Source: Steroidobacteraceae bacterium (GTDB taxonomy: Bacteria > Pseudomonadota > Gammaproteobacteria > Steroidobacterales > Steroidobacteraceae). From it: a stretch of 64,000 bases of DNA. Below are positions 38,674-48,736 of this stretch, piece by piece. The stretch is from the NCBI GenBank assembly GCA_041910015.1, contig JAYRRR010000006.1, positions 1,503 through 65,502 on the forward strand, given 5' to 3'. A program made the translations under genes and the position numbers. The notes beneath the pieces are model-generated. The model ran no database searches and was not told where the DNA came from. It was given only the letters and a program-made list of their open reading frames with translations. Every line of letters starts with the position of its first letter. Positions within the stretch are counted from its first letter, which is position 1.

Positions 38674-39720
38674 GTGCCGGGCGATACGAGCTGTCCCGTC
38701 GGCGCGCTGTCGGAATTGCCGAACCTGCTGCGCGAGGCCGGCAACGACCCCTGGCAGCTGCTCGAATCGTTCGGCGTCACGCCGGCGATCATGGCGCAGC
38801 CGATGACGCCCGTGCCCTTGCGCCTGCACGGTCAGATCATGCAGGCGGCGGCCGACGCCATGGGGCGGGACGACCTCGGGCTGCTGGTTGGCCAGAGGTC
38901 GACCATGGAGAACGCCGGGCCGCTGCGCCTGCTGGTGCAGAACGCCCGCACGACGCGCGACGCCGTCGACGGCCTCGTGCGCTACCTGGGCCTGTGGTTC
39001 CATGGCATCCAGCTCAACCTGACGCGCGACCAGGGCTACGCCTGCCTGTCGATCTCGGTCGACAGGCGCTTTCCCGGTCGCGATCACGTGCTGACGGGCT
39101 TCCTCGCGGCGCTGGTGAAGCAGCTCGAGGCGATCTTCCCGCGAAGCTGGCGGCCGTCGCTCGTGCACATTTCGTACCGGCGGCCGCCATCGGCCGCGAA
39201 ATACGCGCGGTTCTTCCGCGCACCCGTGCTCTACGACCAGCCGCGCCACGCGGTGTTCTTCCCGGCGTCCGCGCTGGACGAGACACGACCGGGCTCGCAG
39301 CAGATGCTCGAATCGTTTCTGCGCGGCTACTTGGGCGATCTGGAGGCGCGCGAGCAGCCCGATTTCGTGTCGCGCGTGCGCCACGTGATCGAGAACCTGC
39401 TCGCGAGCGGGCATTGCTCGATCGAGCGCGTCGCCGAGCTGTTCTCGGTCCATCGCGTGACGCTGCACCGCCACCTGAGCGGTTACGGCACCACGTTCGA
39501 GCAGTTGCTCGACGAATCGCGCTGCGAACTCGCGCAGCGCATGCTCGAGCAGACGGACCTGCCGGTCGGCGAGATCGCGACGGCGATCGGCTACGGTTCG
39601 GCGGGAAGCTTCGTCCGCGCCTACAAGCGCTGGCACGGGATCACGCCGGGTGCCGGCCGGCGACGTCGGCCACAGCCCGGACGCACCGGGTCTGCGATGC
39701 GGCTCGCGCCGCGGACGTGA
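38674..39720 (+). CDS. AraC-family transcriptional regulator (AraC_binding_2-type N-domain)
   Basis: C-terminal double HTH (SIERVAELFSVHRVTLHRHL..., VGEIATAIGYGSAGSFVRAYKRWHGITP). The start is uncertain: GTG 38674, or TTG 38590 overlapping the BKACE stop. Confidence 0.8.
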   Translation: MPGDTSCPVGALSELPNLLREAGNDPWQLLESFGVTPAIMAQPMTPVPLRLHGQIMQAAADAMGRDDLGLLVGQRSTMENAGPLRLLVQNARTTRDAVDGLVRYLGLWFHGIQLNLTRDQGYACLSISVDRRFPGRDHVLTGFLAALVKQLEAIFPRSWRPSLVHISYRRPPSAAKYARFFRAPVLYDQPRHAVFFPASALDETRPGSQQMLESFLRGYLGDLEAREQPDFVSRVRHVIENLLASGHCSIERVAELFSVHRVTLHRHLSGYGTTFEQLLDESRCELAQRMLEQTDLPVGEIATAIGYGSAGSFVRAYKRWHGITPGAGRRRRPQPGRTGSAMRLAPRT

Positions 39721-39756
39721 CGGACGCGCATCGATCACGGGGGATGAGGGGGAGCC

Positions 39757-41085
39757 ATGGGAGGGTACACAGCGCCACCGGTCGACGACGTTGTCGCGCG
39801 CCGTGGCAGCTCGTCCCGATTCTACGCCTGGGTCGTGTTCGCGCTGACCTGCGGCCTGATGCTGTCGGATTACGTTTCGCGACAGGTCATCACGCCAATC
39901 TTCCCGTTGTTGAAGGGCGAATGGTCGCTGACCGACATGCAGCTCGGGGCACTGGTGAGCGTCGTGGCCCTGATCGTCGGCGTGGGCTCACTGCCGATCG
40001 CGCTGGCCGCGGACCGCTGGGGCCGCGTGCGCAGCATCAGCGTCATGGCTGGTCTCTGGGGCATCGCCACCGTCGGTTGCGGGCTCGCGCAGACCTACGG
40101 GCAGATGATGTTCGCGCGCGCGCTGGTCGGGCTGGGGGAGGCGGGGTACGGCAGCGCGGGGTCGGCCATCCTGTTCCACGTGTTCCCGAGGCGTCGTCAC
40201 GCGGTCGTTGGTGCCGCATTCCTCGCCGCCGCGTTGTTCGGCACCGTGGGTGGCGTGTTGGCCGGCGGCGTGATCTCGACGCGCTACGGCTGGCGCACGG
40301 CCTTCATCGGCGTCGGCATCGCCGGCCTGCTGCTCGTCGCGCTGTACCCGTTCGTCGTGCGCGATTATGAGACGGTGCCACTGCTCAAGACCGATGCCGC
40401 GGGCGCCCCGGCGCGACGCATGCGCGTCGGCGAGACCGTGCGCGAACTCTTCGCGACGCGCACCGCGATCCTCACCTACGTCGCGAGCGGTTGCCAGATG
40501 TTCGTCACCGGCGCGGTCGTCGCGTGGATCCCGAGCTACCTGAGTCGCTACTGCGGTCTCGCCGCCGACGAGGCCGCGATGCAGGCCGCCGTGGTCGTGC
40601 TCGTCGCAGGTGTCGGTATGATCGCGACCGGATGGACGGTGGACACGCTCGGCATCCGCGACAAGCGCAACAAGCTGCGAGTTCCGGCGGCCTACTGCGT
40701 GCTGTCGGCGATCGTGCTCGCCACTGCGTTCGCGCTGCCGCCCGGCACGATGCAGTTCGGCGCGATCCTCGTCGGCATGTTCGCCGCGGGTGCACACACG
40801 GGCGCCACCGGCGCCGTCATCAGCGACGTGACGCACCCGGGGTTGCGTGCCACGGCACTCGCCACCGTCGTGCTCGGCAACAACCTGATCGGTCTCGCGC
40901 CGGGCCCGCTGGTGGTCGGCACGCTCTCGGACGCCTTCGGGCTCAAGCTGGCGCTGACGACCGCCGCATTGGCCGGCATCCTGTCGGCCATCTGCTTCCT
41001 GCTCGCGGCACGTGCCTATGAACACGAAGCGGGCCGGTGTGACGCATGGGTGTCCGGCGCCGCAACGGCGCGGGCCGCAGTCTGA
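39757..41085 (+). CDS. MFS transporter
   Basis: 442 aa with about 12 TM segments. The motif-A-like DRWGRVRS sits between TM2 and TM3. Confidence 0.85.
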   Translation: MGGYTAPPVDDVVARRGSSSRFYAWVVFALTCGLMLSDYVSRQVITPIFPLLKGEWSLTDMQLGALVSVVALIVGVGSLPIALAADRWGRVRSISVMAGLWGIATVGCGLAQTYGQMMFARALVGLGEAGYGSAGSAILFHVFPRRRHAVVGAAFLAAALFGTVGGVLAGGVISTRYGWRTAFIGVGIAGLLLVALYPFVVRDYETVPLLKTDAAGAPARRMRVGETVRELFATRTAILTYVASGCQMFVTGAVVAWIPSYLSRYCGLAADEAAMQAAVVVLVAGVGMIATGWTVDTLGIRDKRNKLRVPAAYCVLSAIVLATAFALPPGTMQFGAILVGMFAAGAHTGATGAVISDVTHPGLRATALATVVLGNNLIGLAPGPLVVGTLSDAFGLKLALTTAALAGILSAICFLLAARAYEHEAGRCDAWVSGAATARAAV

Positions 41086-41095
41086 CCAGGAGAAC

Positions 41096-41911
41096 ATGAT
41101 GGAACTCGAAGGCAAGACCGCGATCGTGACCGGCGCCGGGCGCGGCATCGGCGCCGGCATCGCGCGCGTGCTCGCGCGTGAGGGCGCGCGTGTCGTCGTC
41201 ATGGGTCGTCATGGCGCGGAAACCGGCCCCGTGGCCGAGTCGATCGCGGCGGCGGGCGGCCAGGCGATATCGGTCGTCGCCGACGTGACGCGGTGGGACA
41301 CGCTCGAGGCCATGGTGCGGGCCTCCCTCGATCGCTTCGAACGCATCGACATCCTCGTCAACAACGCCGGCACCGAGGGTGTCCCGCGGCTGCTCGCCGA
41401 CATCGCCGTCGAGCAGTGGGACCGTATCCTCGACGTGAACTTGAAGGGCGTGTTCCTGTGCTGCAAGGCCGTGGTGCCCGCGATGGCCGACGGCGGCCGG
41501 ATCGTCAACATCGGTTCGATCGCGGGCCAGCGCATGACCTTCTTCGGCAGTCTCGATTACACGGTGTCCAAGCACGGGGTCGAAGGCTTGACGCGGCACC
41601 TCGCCTGGGAACTGGCCGACCGGCGCATCACGGTCAATTCGATCTGCCCGGGCGGGGTCCTCACGCCGCTCATGGAGGAGGGGACCTCGGCCGAGTTCCG
41701 CGACAAGGTGACGCGGAGGCTCGTGCCGCTCGGGCGCATGTGCACGATGGAGGAGATCGGCGAGGCGGTGAGTTTCCTCGCGAGCGACCGCGCGCGGATG
41801 ATCACCGGCCAGTCGCTCGCGGTGGACGGCGGCACGCTGACCGGCTACGGCGAGGACCTGCGACCGGTCATCCGGGGCCGCATGGCGGCCGCGGCCGCGG
41901 GCGGGCATTGA
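41096..41911 (+). CDS. short-chain dehydrogenase/reductase (SDR)
   Basis: TGAGRGIGAGIA, NNAG, and YTVSKHG (YxxxK). ATG 41096 follows ccaggaga. Confidence 0.9.
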   Translation: MMELEGKTAIVTGAGRGIGAGIARVLAREGARVVVMGRHGAETGPVAESIAAAGGQAISVVADVTRWDTLEAMVRASLDRFERIDILVNNAGTEGVPRLLADIAVEQWDRILDVNLKGVFLCCKAVVPAMADGGRIVNIGSIAGQRMTFFGSLDYTVSKHGVEGLTRHLAWELADRRITVNSICPGGVLTPLMEEGTSAEFRDKVTRRLVPLGRMCTMEEIGEAVSFLASDRARMITGQSLAVDGGTLTGYGEDLRPVIRGRMAAAAAGGH

Positions 41912-41930
41912 CCCGGCGTCGCCCACACCT

Positions 41931-42755
41931 GTGGCATCGAGGGAGACGACGGACATGACGCACGATACGGGTCGGGATGGCGCGTGCCCCGACCGCGACG
42001 CCGCGATCGGCGGTCCCTGGGACGCGGCGCTCGAACAAGTGCGCGCGTGGGATCCGGCCTGGGCCGAGACCTGTCTGCGCATGTGCACCAACCCGTGGCG
42101 CAGTGGCGTGCTGTCGCGCCGGCTCGTCGAACTCATCGGCATCATGCTCAACGCCCAGTGCACGAACCTCGATCCGGGTGGAACCCGGCGGCACGTCCGC
42201 GCGGCGCTCGAGGCGGGTGCGACGGGCGAGGAAATCCTGTTCGTGCTCGAGTGCGCGGCGCTCGGCGGCATCCACTCGTGCAGCCTCGGCGCACCGATTC
42301 TCGTCGAGGAGGCGCGCGCCGCAGGCCGGGCCGTGGCGCCGCCCGCGGCAGTGCCCACGCCGACCTGCGACCGGCTGCGCGCCATCGGCCAGTGGAACCC
42401 CGCGTGGGACGACTTCTACGCTCTCGATCCGGCCTGGACCGAGGAGTTCATCGCGACCGGCATCCCGGTTTACACGAGCGGCGTGCTGCCGGCAAAGGAA
42501 GTCGAACTCCTCTGCATCGCCTTCGACGCGTCCTTCACGCATCTCTACGCGCCCGGCACGCGCCGCCACGTGCGGGCGGCGCTCGCGGCCGGAGCGACCG
42601 TGGAGGAGATCATGGAAGTGCTCAAGCTCTGCGTCGTGCAGGGCGTGCAATCCTGCAACCTCGGCGTGCCGATCCTCGCCGAGGAGCTGGCGCGATGGGA
42701 GCGCGCGCCGGTGGATGCGACGACGTCCGGCCGTTGCGACGAGCGTGCGCCATGA
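41931..42755 (+). CDS. tandem carboxymuconolactone-decarboxylase (CMD/AhpD-like) domain protein
   Basis: Two internally repeated halves are visible. GGTRRHVRAALEAGATGEEILFVLECAALGGIHSCSLGAPILVEE pairs with PGTRRHVRAALAAGATVEEIMEVLKLCVVQGVQSCNLGVPILAEE. The start could instead be the second Met (41955). Confidence 0.7.
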   Translation: MASRETTDMTHDTGRDGACPDRDAAIGGPWDAALEQVRAWDPAWAETCLRMCTNPWRSGVLSRRLVELIGIMLNAQCTNLDPGGTRRHVRAALEAGATGEEILFVLECAALGGIHSCSLGAPILVEEARAAGRAVAPPAAVPTPTCDRLRAIGQWNPAWDDFYALDPAWTEEFIATGIPVYTSGVLPAKEVELLCIAFDASFTHLYAPGTRRHVRAALAAGATVEEIMEVLKLCVVQGVQSCNLGVPILAEELARWERAPVDATTSGRCDERAP

Positions 42756-43750
42756 GCGCGTCGCGCCTGCACCTGCTGCTGCCCGGCTTCGTCATCGCCG
42801 GGCTCGTGGCGCTCGCGGCCTCGTGGCTCGCCGAGCACTACGGCGCTCCGGTCATGCTGTTCGCGCTGCTGCTCGGCATGGCCGTCAACTTCCTGTCGCA
42901 GGACGAGCGCTGCCGGCCCGGCATCGACTTCGCGTCGCGCAGCGTGCTGCGGCTCGGCGTCGCGCTGCTGGGCGCGCGCATCACGCACGCGCAGGTGCAG
43001 TCACTGGGCGGCGCGGCGCTCGTGCTGACGGCGGGCGCCGTGGTGCTCACCATGGCCTGTGGCGTGCTGCTCGCTCGCGCGACGCGCCAGTCGACGGCGT
43101 ACGGACTGTTGACGGGCGGCTCCGTGGCCATCTGCGGCGCCTCAGCCGCGCTCGCGATCGCCTCTGTCCTGCCGCGCCACGCAGACCACGAACGCGACAC
43201 GGTCATGACGGTCGTGGCGGTCACGGCGCTGTCGACGGTGGCGATGGTGCTTTATCCGCTGGTGGCGGCCGCTGCAGGGTTCGACGCACGTGCGTCGGGC
43301 GTGTTCCTCGGCGCGACGATCCACGACGTGGCGCAGGTCGTGGGCGCGGGCTACAGCGTGTCGGCCGAGGCGGGCGATACGGCGACCATCGTCAAGCTGT
43401 TTCGCGTCGCGCTGCTGCTGCCGGTCGTGTTCACGATCTCGTTTGCGCTGCGCCGCTCCGGCGCGGGTGCCGGAGGCGGGCGCGGCCAGACTCCGCCGCT
43501 GCTGCCCGTCTTCCTGCTCGGCTTCGCGGCGCTCGTGGTCGTGAACTCGCTCGGCTGGCTGCCGCCGCTCGCGGCTGGTTCGCTGCAACAAGCTTCGCGC
43601 TGGTGCCTGCTGGTGGCGATCGCGGCGCTCGGCACCCGCACCTCGCTCGGCGAGCTCGCGCGCGTCGGCTGGCGGCCGGTCTCCCTGATCCTCGCCGAGA
43701 CGCTGTTCGTCGGCGTGTTCGTGCTCGCGGGTCTGGCGCTGCTGCGCTGA
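42752..43750 (+). CDS. YeiH/UPF0324-family integral membrane protein
   Basis: 332 aa, polytopic. GGSVAICGASAALA and TIHDVAQVVGAGY are typical of the family. ATG overlaps the CMD stop (ATGA). Confidence 0.75.
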   Translation: MSASRLHLLLPGFVIAGLVALAASWLAEHYGAPVMLFALLLGMAVNFLSQDERCRPGIDFASRSVLRLGVALLGARITHAQVQSLGGAALVLTAGAVVLTMACGVLLARATRQSTAYGLLTGGSVAICGASAALAIASVLPRHADHERDTVMTVVAVTALSTVAMVLYPLVAAAAGFDARASGVFLGATIHDVAQVVGAGYSVSAEAGDTATIVKLFRVALLLPVVFTISFALRRSGAGAGGGRGQTPPLLPVFLLGFAALVVVNSLGWLPPLAAGSLQQASRWCLLVAIAALGTRTSLGELARVGWRPVSLILAETLFVGVFVLAGLALLR

Positions 43751-43829
43751 GGAAACATCGGCCGGCCGGCACCGATACCGCGAGGCGGCGAACGGCGAAG
43801 GCCCCCGGTGCGCAGGCAGCCGGCGGCAC

Positions 43830-44540
43830 CCGCAGCGTGACGCGGTCCACCGTCTTGCCGAAGAAGTGATAGCCGGAACCGCCTGCGGCCAGCAGTCCGA
43901 GCAACTCGTCGGCCTGCCGCACACGCGCTCCGCCGATGACGGTGGCGCCGCGCCGCATGTGGGGGTTCGCCACCAGCGTGGCCGTCGGTCCGATCACCGC
44001 CGCTTCCTTGCCTGGCCGCAGCGGTTGCAGCAGGCCCTCCAGCGTGCCGTTGAGCAACGACGTGCCCGTGGTGATGAGCACGTCGGCTTCGGGGATCACT
44101 TCCGCAGCGCGCTCGACCGGGATGAAGTGCGGCAGCTCCTCGGGTTCCAAAGTCGCCGGTTCGAGTTCCAGGACGTTGAAGGGCTGTTGTCGCCGGTGCA
44201 GTTCGCGCATTTAGGGAGGAAAGGTGCCAACCAGCGCCACCCGCTGATCCGGCGCAATGGCCGGTTGCCCGGCACAGGTCCTGCGGCCGATACAGGTCGT
44301 CCAGCAGCGCGGCCGCGTTGCGCCCCGCGATCTTGCCCGGCACCGGCATCGCCCGGGCCGAACTCGGGCAGCACACCGCCTCGGGCACGCCCTCGATCGG
44401 CGTGGCGCAAAGACCGCCCGCGCCATTGGAGAGCTTGACGCCGGCGAAGAAGATGCCAAGCCCCACGCGTTCGACGGACAAGGTGCCGGCGTCGCGGCCC
44501 AGACGCTCGAGCACGGTGGTGTGCAGGTCGGAGAGCAGAC
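43830..44540 (-). pseudogene. DUF4213/DUF364 (Rossmann-like, putative chelatase-like) gene; start lost, one frameshift, in-frame TAA, natural stop lost
   Basis: N-domain frame: VERVGLGIFFAGVKLSNGAGGLCATP. Then ...RVALVGTFPP*MRELHRRQQPFNVLELEP...ADVLITTGTSLLNGTLEGLL...IGPTA. TAA is at 44213..44211. The only upstream Met (44571) lies inside the tRNA gene. Confidence 0.65.
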
Positions 44541-44541
44541 T

Positions 44542-44626
<85 letters not shown>

Positions 44627-44708
44627 AAAGGTTGCGGCCGGGCACGGAGGCCGGGCTGGAAGGCCGGGCAATTTACTGACGCCCCTCCAGCCTGTCAATC
44701 TAACGCAA

Positions 44709-46961
44709 ATGCGCAGAACCCGAAACCGACGTCCGTCCGCCGCCAGCCAGCGTCCCGGCAAGAGCCCGCGCGGCCGCGCCACCTCGCGCCTCGCCAAATC
44801 CACCGATCTCGTCGTCCTCGATGTGCTGCGCAAGGCAGGCCGTCCGCTGAAGCTCGAGGAAGTCACGGCGTCGTTCAGCCCCTCCGGCGTGGGCGAGGCC
44901 GAGGCCCAGCTCGCCGACCTGGTCCGGCGCGGCGAGGTCATGATGAACCGGCGCGGCCAGTATTGCCTGCGCGAGCAGCTCGCCGGCCTGGTGGTCGGCA
45001 CGGTGCAGGCGCATCGCAACGGCGATGGCTGGCTGCTGCCCGACGACGGTTCGGCGCAGGTTTACCTGCCCGCGCACCAGATGCGCGAGGTCCTGCACGG
45101 TGACCGGATCGCCGCCCGCATCGAAGGCCCGCGGTTCCGCGGCAAGGCGCAGGGCACGATCGTCGAAGTGCTCGAGCGGCGCACGAAGGAAGTCGTCGGA
45201 CGTCTGCACGTCGAGGCGGGCATCGCCGCGTACCTGACGCCGGACAATCCACGCATCACGCAGCGCGTGCTGGTCCCGGGCGGGCAGCTCGGCGGGGCTC
45301 GGTCCGGGCAGATCGTGCTCGTGGAATTGATCCAGCAGCCTTCGCGCACGACGGGACCGGCCGGGCGCGTCACGCGCATCCTCGGCGACCAGGGCGCGCC
45401 GGGCATGGAGACCGACATCGCGATCCACTCGTTCGGGCTGCCGTTCGAGTTCCCCGACGATGTGGTCGCCGAGGCAGAGGCGTACGGGACGCGCATCCCG
45501 CCCGAGGCGATCGCGGGGCGCGAGGACCTGCGCGACATCGAACTCGTCACGATCGACGGCGAGGACGCGCGCGATTTCGACGACGCCGTCTGGTGCGAGC
45601 GCAAGGGCAGCGGCTGGCGGCTGATCGTCGCGATCGCCGACGTGGCGCACAACGTGCGGCCGGGCAGCGCGCTCGACGTCGAGGCGCGCAGCCGCGGCAC
45701 GTCGGTGTATTTCCCCAACCGCGTGCTGCCGATGCTGCCGGAGGCGCTGTCCAACGGCCTCTGCTCGCTCAAGCCGCGCGAGGACCGTCTGTGCGTCTGT
45801 TGCGAGCTGCGCGTCAGCGACGACGGGCGCATCACGCGATCGCGATTCTTCGAGGGCGTGATGCGCTCGGTGGCGCGGCTCACGTACCGGGACGTGGGCG
45901 CCTTCCTTGCCAATCCGGGCGCGCGGCACGACGACCCGCTCGAGCGTCTGCGGGAGCGCCTGCTCGCGTTGCACGGCGTCTACCGCGCGTTCACGCGGGA
46001 GCGGTCGGGGCGCGGTGCGCTCGAGCTCGACAGCCCCGAGTTCAAGATCAAGTTCGACGCCGAGGGCCACGTCGCGGCGCTGGTCGAGTCGCCGCGCAAC
46101 GACGCGCACCGCCTGATCGAGGAGTGCATGATCGCGGCCAACGTCGCGGCGGCGCGTTTCCTCGACCGGCATCGTGTGCCGACGCTGTATCGCGTGCACG
46201 GGCTGCCGGAGATCGACCGGCTCGAGACGCTGCGCACGTTCCTGCGCGAGTTCGGGCTGTGGCTGCCCGCCGCCGACCAGATCACGCCGGACCACCTGCG
46301 CGACCTGCTGGCGAAGATCGGCGACCGGCCCGATGCGGGGCTGATCTCGACGGCGGTGATCCGCTCCATGCCGCAGGCGGTCTACCAGCCGGGCAACATC
46401 GGCCATTTCGGCCTCGCGCTCGAGCACTATGCGCACTTCACGTCGCCGATCCGCCGCTATCCCGACCTCGTCGTGCACCGCGGTCTGCGCCAGGTGCTGC
46501 GGGGTGGCGACCCGCAGGAGCTGATCGCGTGGCACGGGCCCTTCCCGGCGCTCGGGCAGGACTGCTCGGTGCGCGAGCGTCGCGCCGACGAGGCCACCCG
46601 CAGTGCCGTGACGTGGCTCAAGTGCTGCTACATGCAGGACCGGATCGGCGAGGAATACGACGGCATCGTCTCCGGCGTGGTCGATTTCGGCCTGTTCGTG
46701 CAGCTCGACGGCCTGCAGGTCGACGGGCTGCTGCATGTGTCCGCGCTCGGCGCGGACTATTTCGGCCGCGATGCCTCGGGGTACCGGATGGTCGGTCGCA
46801 ACTCGGGCCGGGTCTTCAAGCTCGGCGACCGGCTGCGCGTGCGCGTCACCAACGTGTCGCTCGACGATCGGCGTGTCGACTTCGAGCTGGCCGGCGAGTC
46901 CTCGCCCACGCGTCGGTCGACGGGCCGGTTCCTGCGTCAGGGCTCACGGAGGCGACGCTGA
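44709..46961 (+). CDS. rnr: ribonuclease R
   Basis: RNB domain motifs (TIDGEDARDFDDAV, HFGLALEHYAHFTSPIRRYPDL). C-terminal S1 domain (YDGIVSGVVDFGLFVQL) and a basic tail. Confidence 0.95.
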   Translation: MRRTRNRRPSAASQRPGKSPRGRATSRLAKSTDLVVLDVLRKAGRPLKLEEVTASFSPSGVGEAEAQLADLVRRGEVMMNRRGQYCLREQLAGLVVGTVQAHRNGDGWLLPDDGSAQVYLPAHQMREVLHGDRIAARIEGPRFRGKAQGTIVEVLERRTKEVVGRLHVEAGIAAYLTPDNPRITQRVLVPGGQLGGARSGQIVLVELIQQPSRTTGPAGRVTRILGDQGAPGMETDIAIHSFGLPFEFPDDVVAEAEAYGTRIPPEAIAGREDLRDIELVTIDGEDARDFDDAVWCERKGSGWRLIVAIADVAHNVRPGSALDVEARSRGTSVYFPNRVLPMLPEALSNGLCSLKPREDRLCVCCELRVSDDGRITRSRFFEGVMRSVARLTYRDVGAFLANPGARHDDPLERLRERLLALHGVYRAFTRERSGRGALELDSPEFKIKFDAEGHVAALVESPRNDAHRLIEECMIAANVAAARFLDRHRVPTLYRVHGLPEIDRLETLRTFLREFGLWLPAADQITPDHLRDLLAKIGDRPDAGLISTAVIRSMPQAVYQPGNIGHFGLALEHYAHFTSPIRRYPDLVVHRGLRQVLRGGDPQELIAWHGPFPALGQDCSVRERRADEATRSAVTWLKCCYMQDRIGEEYDGIVSGVVDFGLFVQLDGLQVDGLLHVSALGADYFGRDASGYRMVGRNSGRVFKLGDRLRVRVTNVSLDDRRVDFELAGESSPTRRSTGRFLRQGSRRRR

Positions 46962-47857
46962 TGCCCCGTGGGCGCGACCGACGCGATGACGGTCACCGCC
47001 GGCCGTCGGAGCCGCGACACGACTCGCGCTCGCGCGGCGCGCCGGGATCGCACCGCGGGCCGCCGTCGCATCGCGAGGCAAAACCGGCACGGGCACCGGT
47101 TTCGCACGCCAACCTCGCTTACGGCATCCACACGGTGCGCGTTCTGCTCGTGCGTCATCCGGATCGCATCCGCCGGGTGTGGTTCGCCCGCACGGGCGGC
47201 GAGCCCAATGCGCGGCTGGACGAGGTGCGTGCGCTGGCGGACGGGGCCGGGACCGCGATCGATCTCGCCGATCACGACGAACTCGACCGCCTCGCCGGCG
47301 GTGAACGCCACCAGGGTGTCGTCGCGGAGATCCTGCCACGGGCCGCGGATCCGGAGACGCAGCTCGAGGAAGCGATCGAGGCATCGGGCGACGAGCCTGC
47401 GCTGCTGCTCGTGCTCGATGGCGTGACCGATCCGCACAACCTCGGGGCGTGCCTGCGCAGCGCGGACGCGGCGGGCGTCACCGCGGTGATCGTGCCGCGC
47501 GACCGGGCCGCGGGCCTGACGCCGGTCGTGCGCAAGGTCGCCGCGGGAGCGGCCGAGAGCGTGCCGCTGATCGCGGTCGTCAATCTCGCGCGCACGCTGC
47601 GCGGGCTCAAGGACCGCGGGCTCCGGCTGGTCGGCACCTGCGGCGACGCGCCGCGCACGCTTTATGAGGTCCCGCTGACCGGGCCCACGGCGCTCGTCAT
47701 GGGCTCGGAAGGCGAGGGGATGCGACGCCTGACGCGCGAGGTCTGCGACGACCTGGTGTCGCTGCCGATGGCAGGGGCCGTGGAAAGCCTGAACGTGTCG
47801 GTGGCGACCGGCGTCGTGCTGTTCGAGGCCGTACGGCAACGACGGGCGCAGCGTTAG
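46961..47857 (+). CDS. rlmB: 23S rRNA (guanosine-2'-O)-methyltransferase RlmB with ~50-aa basic N-terminal extension
   Basis: SpoU/TrmH motifs ([52 protein letters not shown]). ATG overlaps the rnr stop (TGATG). No alternative in-frame start lies before the conserved YGIHTV. Confidence 0.9.
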   Translation: MPRGRDRRDDGHRRPSEPRHDSRSRGAPGSHRGPPSHREAKPARAPVSHANLAYGIHTVRVLLVRHPDRIRRVWFARTGGEPNARLDEVRALADGAGTAIDLADHDELDRLAGGERHQGVVAEILPRAADPETQLEEAIEASGDEPALLLVLDGVTDPHNLGACLRSADAAGVTAVIVPRDRAAGLTPVVRKVAAGAAESVPLIAVVNLARTLRGLKDRGLRLVGTCGDAPRTLYEVPLTGPTALVMGSEGEGMRRLTREVCDDLVSLPMAGAVESLNVSVATGVVLFEAVRQRRAQR

Positions 47858-48002
47858 GGCCGCAGGGAAGCTTCGCTGGCCGCCCGCCCCGCACTCCGCT
47901 ACAATGTACGGCTCCGTGCGGCCAGCCAAGGCCGCGCGGGTGTTCCAACTCCTTGTCGCACCGGCATTTTTCCGGGCGACTCGAATCCGCAAGGAGACTC
48001 TC

Positions 48003-48389
48003 GTGCGTCATTATGAAATCGTCTTTCTGGTCCACCCCGATCAGAGCGAGCAGGTTCCGGCCATGGTCGAACGCTACCGCGGCATCATCGCCGCGGCCGG
48101 CGGCGTGATCCACCGCTTCGAGGACTGGGGCCGCCGTCAGCTCGCCTACCCGATCGCCAAGGTCCACAAGGCCCACTACGTGCTGATGAACGTCGAGTGC
48201 GACAAGCCGACACTCGCCGAGCTGACGGGCAGCTTCCGCTTCAGCGACGCCGTCATCCGCCACCTGGTCATTTCCGTGCCGGGTGCCATGACCGAGCCGT
48301 CGCCGATGGCCCGCGCCGAGGAAGAGGGCGGCAGCCCCGCCGAAGGCAGCGGCGGCAGCGCCGGCAGCGAGGATGCCGCCGCGGCCTGA
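48003..48389 (+). CDS. rpsF: 30S ribosomal protein S6
   Basis: GTG start after aaggag. [18 protein letters not shown]... with an acidic C-terminal tail. Confidence 0.95.
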   Translation: MRHYEIVFLVHPDQSEQVPAMVERYRGIIAAAGGVIHRFEDWGRRQLAYPIAKVHKAHYVLMNVECDKPTLAELTGSFRFSDAVIRHLVISVPGAMTEPSPMARAEEEGGSPAEGSGGSAGSEDAAAA

Positions 48390-48443
48390 GTCCGCCGACG
48401 CACCTCATCGACATCAGAGCCAATTCACACTGGGTGACCTCAC

Positions 48444-48668
48444 ATGGCACGCTTCTTTCGTCGCCGCAAGTTCTGCAAGTTCACGGCCGAAGGCGTCGAG
48501 CGGATCGACTACAAGGATCTCGCTACGCTGAAGGGCTACATCACCGAGACGGGCAAGATCGTCCCGAGCCGCATCACGGGCACGCGGTCGAACTATCAGC
48601 GGCAGCTCGCGCTGGCCGTCAAGCGCGCCCGCTTCCTCGCGCTGTTGCCGTATACGGATCAGCACTGA
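48444..48668 (+). CDS. rpsR: 30S ribosomal protein S18
   Basis: [25 protein letters not shown]...[13 protein letters not shown]. Confidence 0.97.
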   Translation: MARFFRRRKFCKFTAEGVERIDYKDLATLKGYITETGKIVPSRITGTRSNYQRQLALAVKRARFLALLPYTDQH

Positions 48669-48736
48669 GTCCGTGACCTGTGAGTGACCCGCGCAGTCTC
48701 GCGCAGCGATCGCGGGCCGGCGGACCACGCACGAAC

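Noticed and set aside
48390-48443. Absence of priB between rpsF and rpsR considered as a deletion.
   Set aside because: The rpsF-rpsR-(membrane protein)-rplI arrangement without priB is the normal state in Pseudomonas-like gammaproteobacteria.
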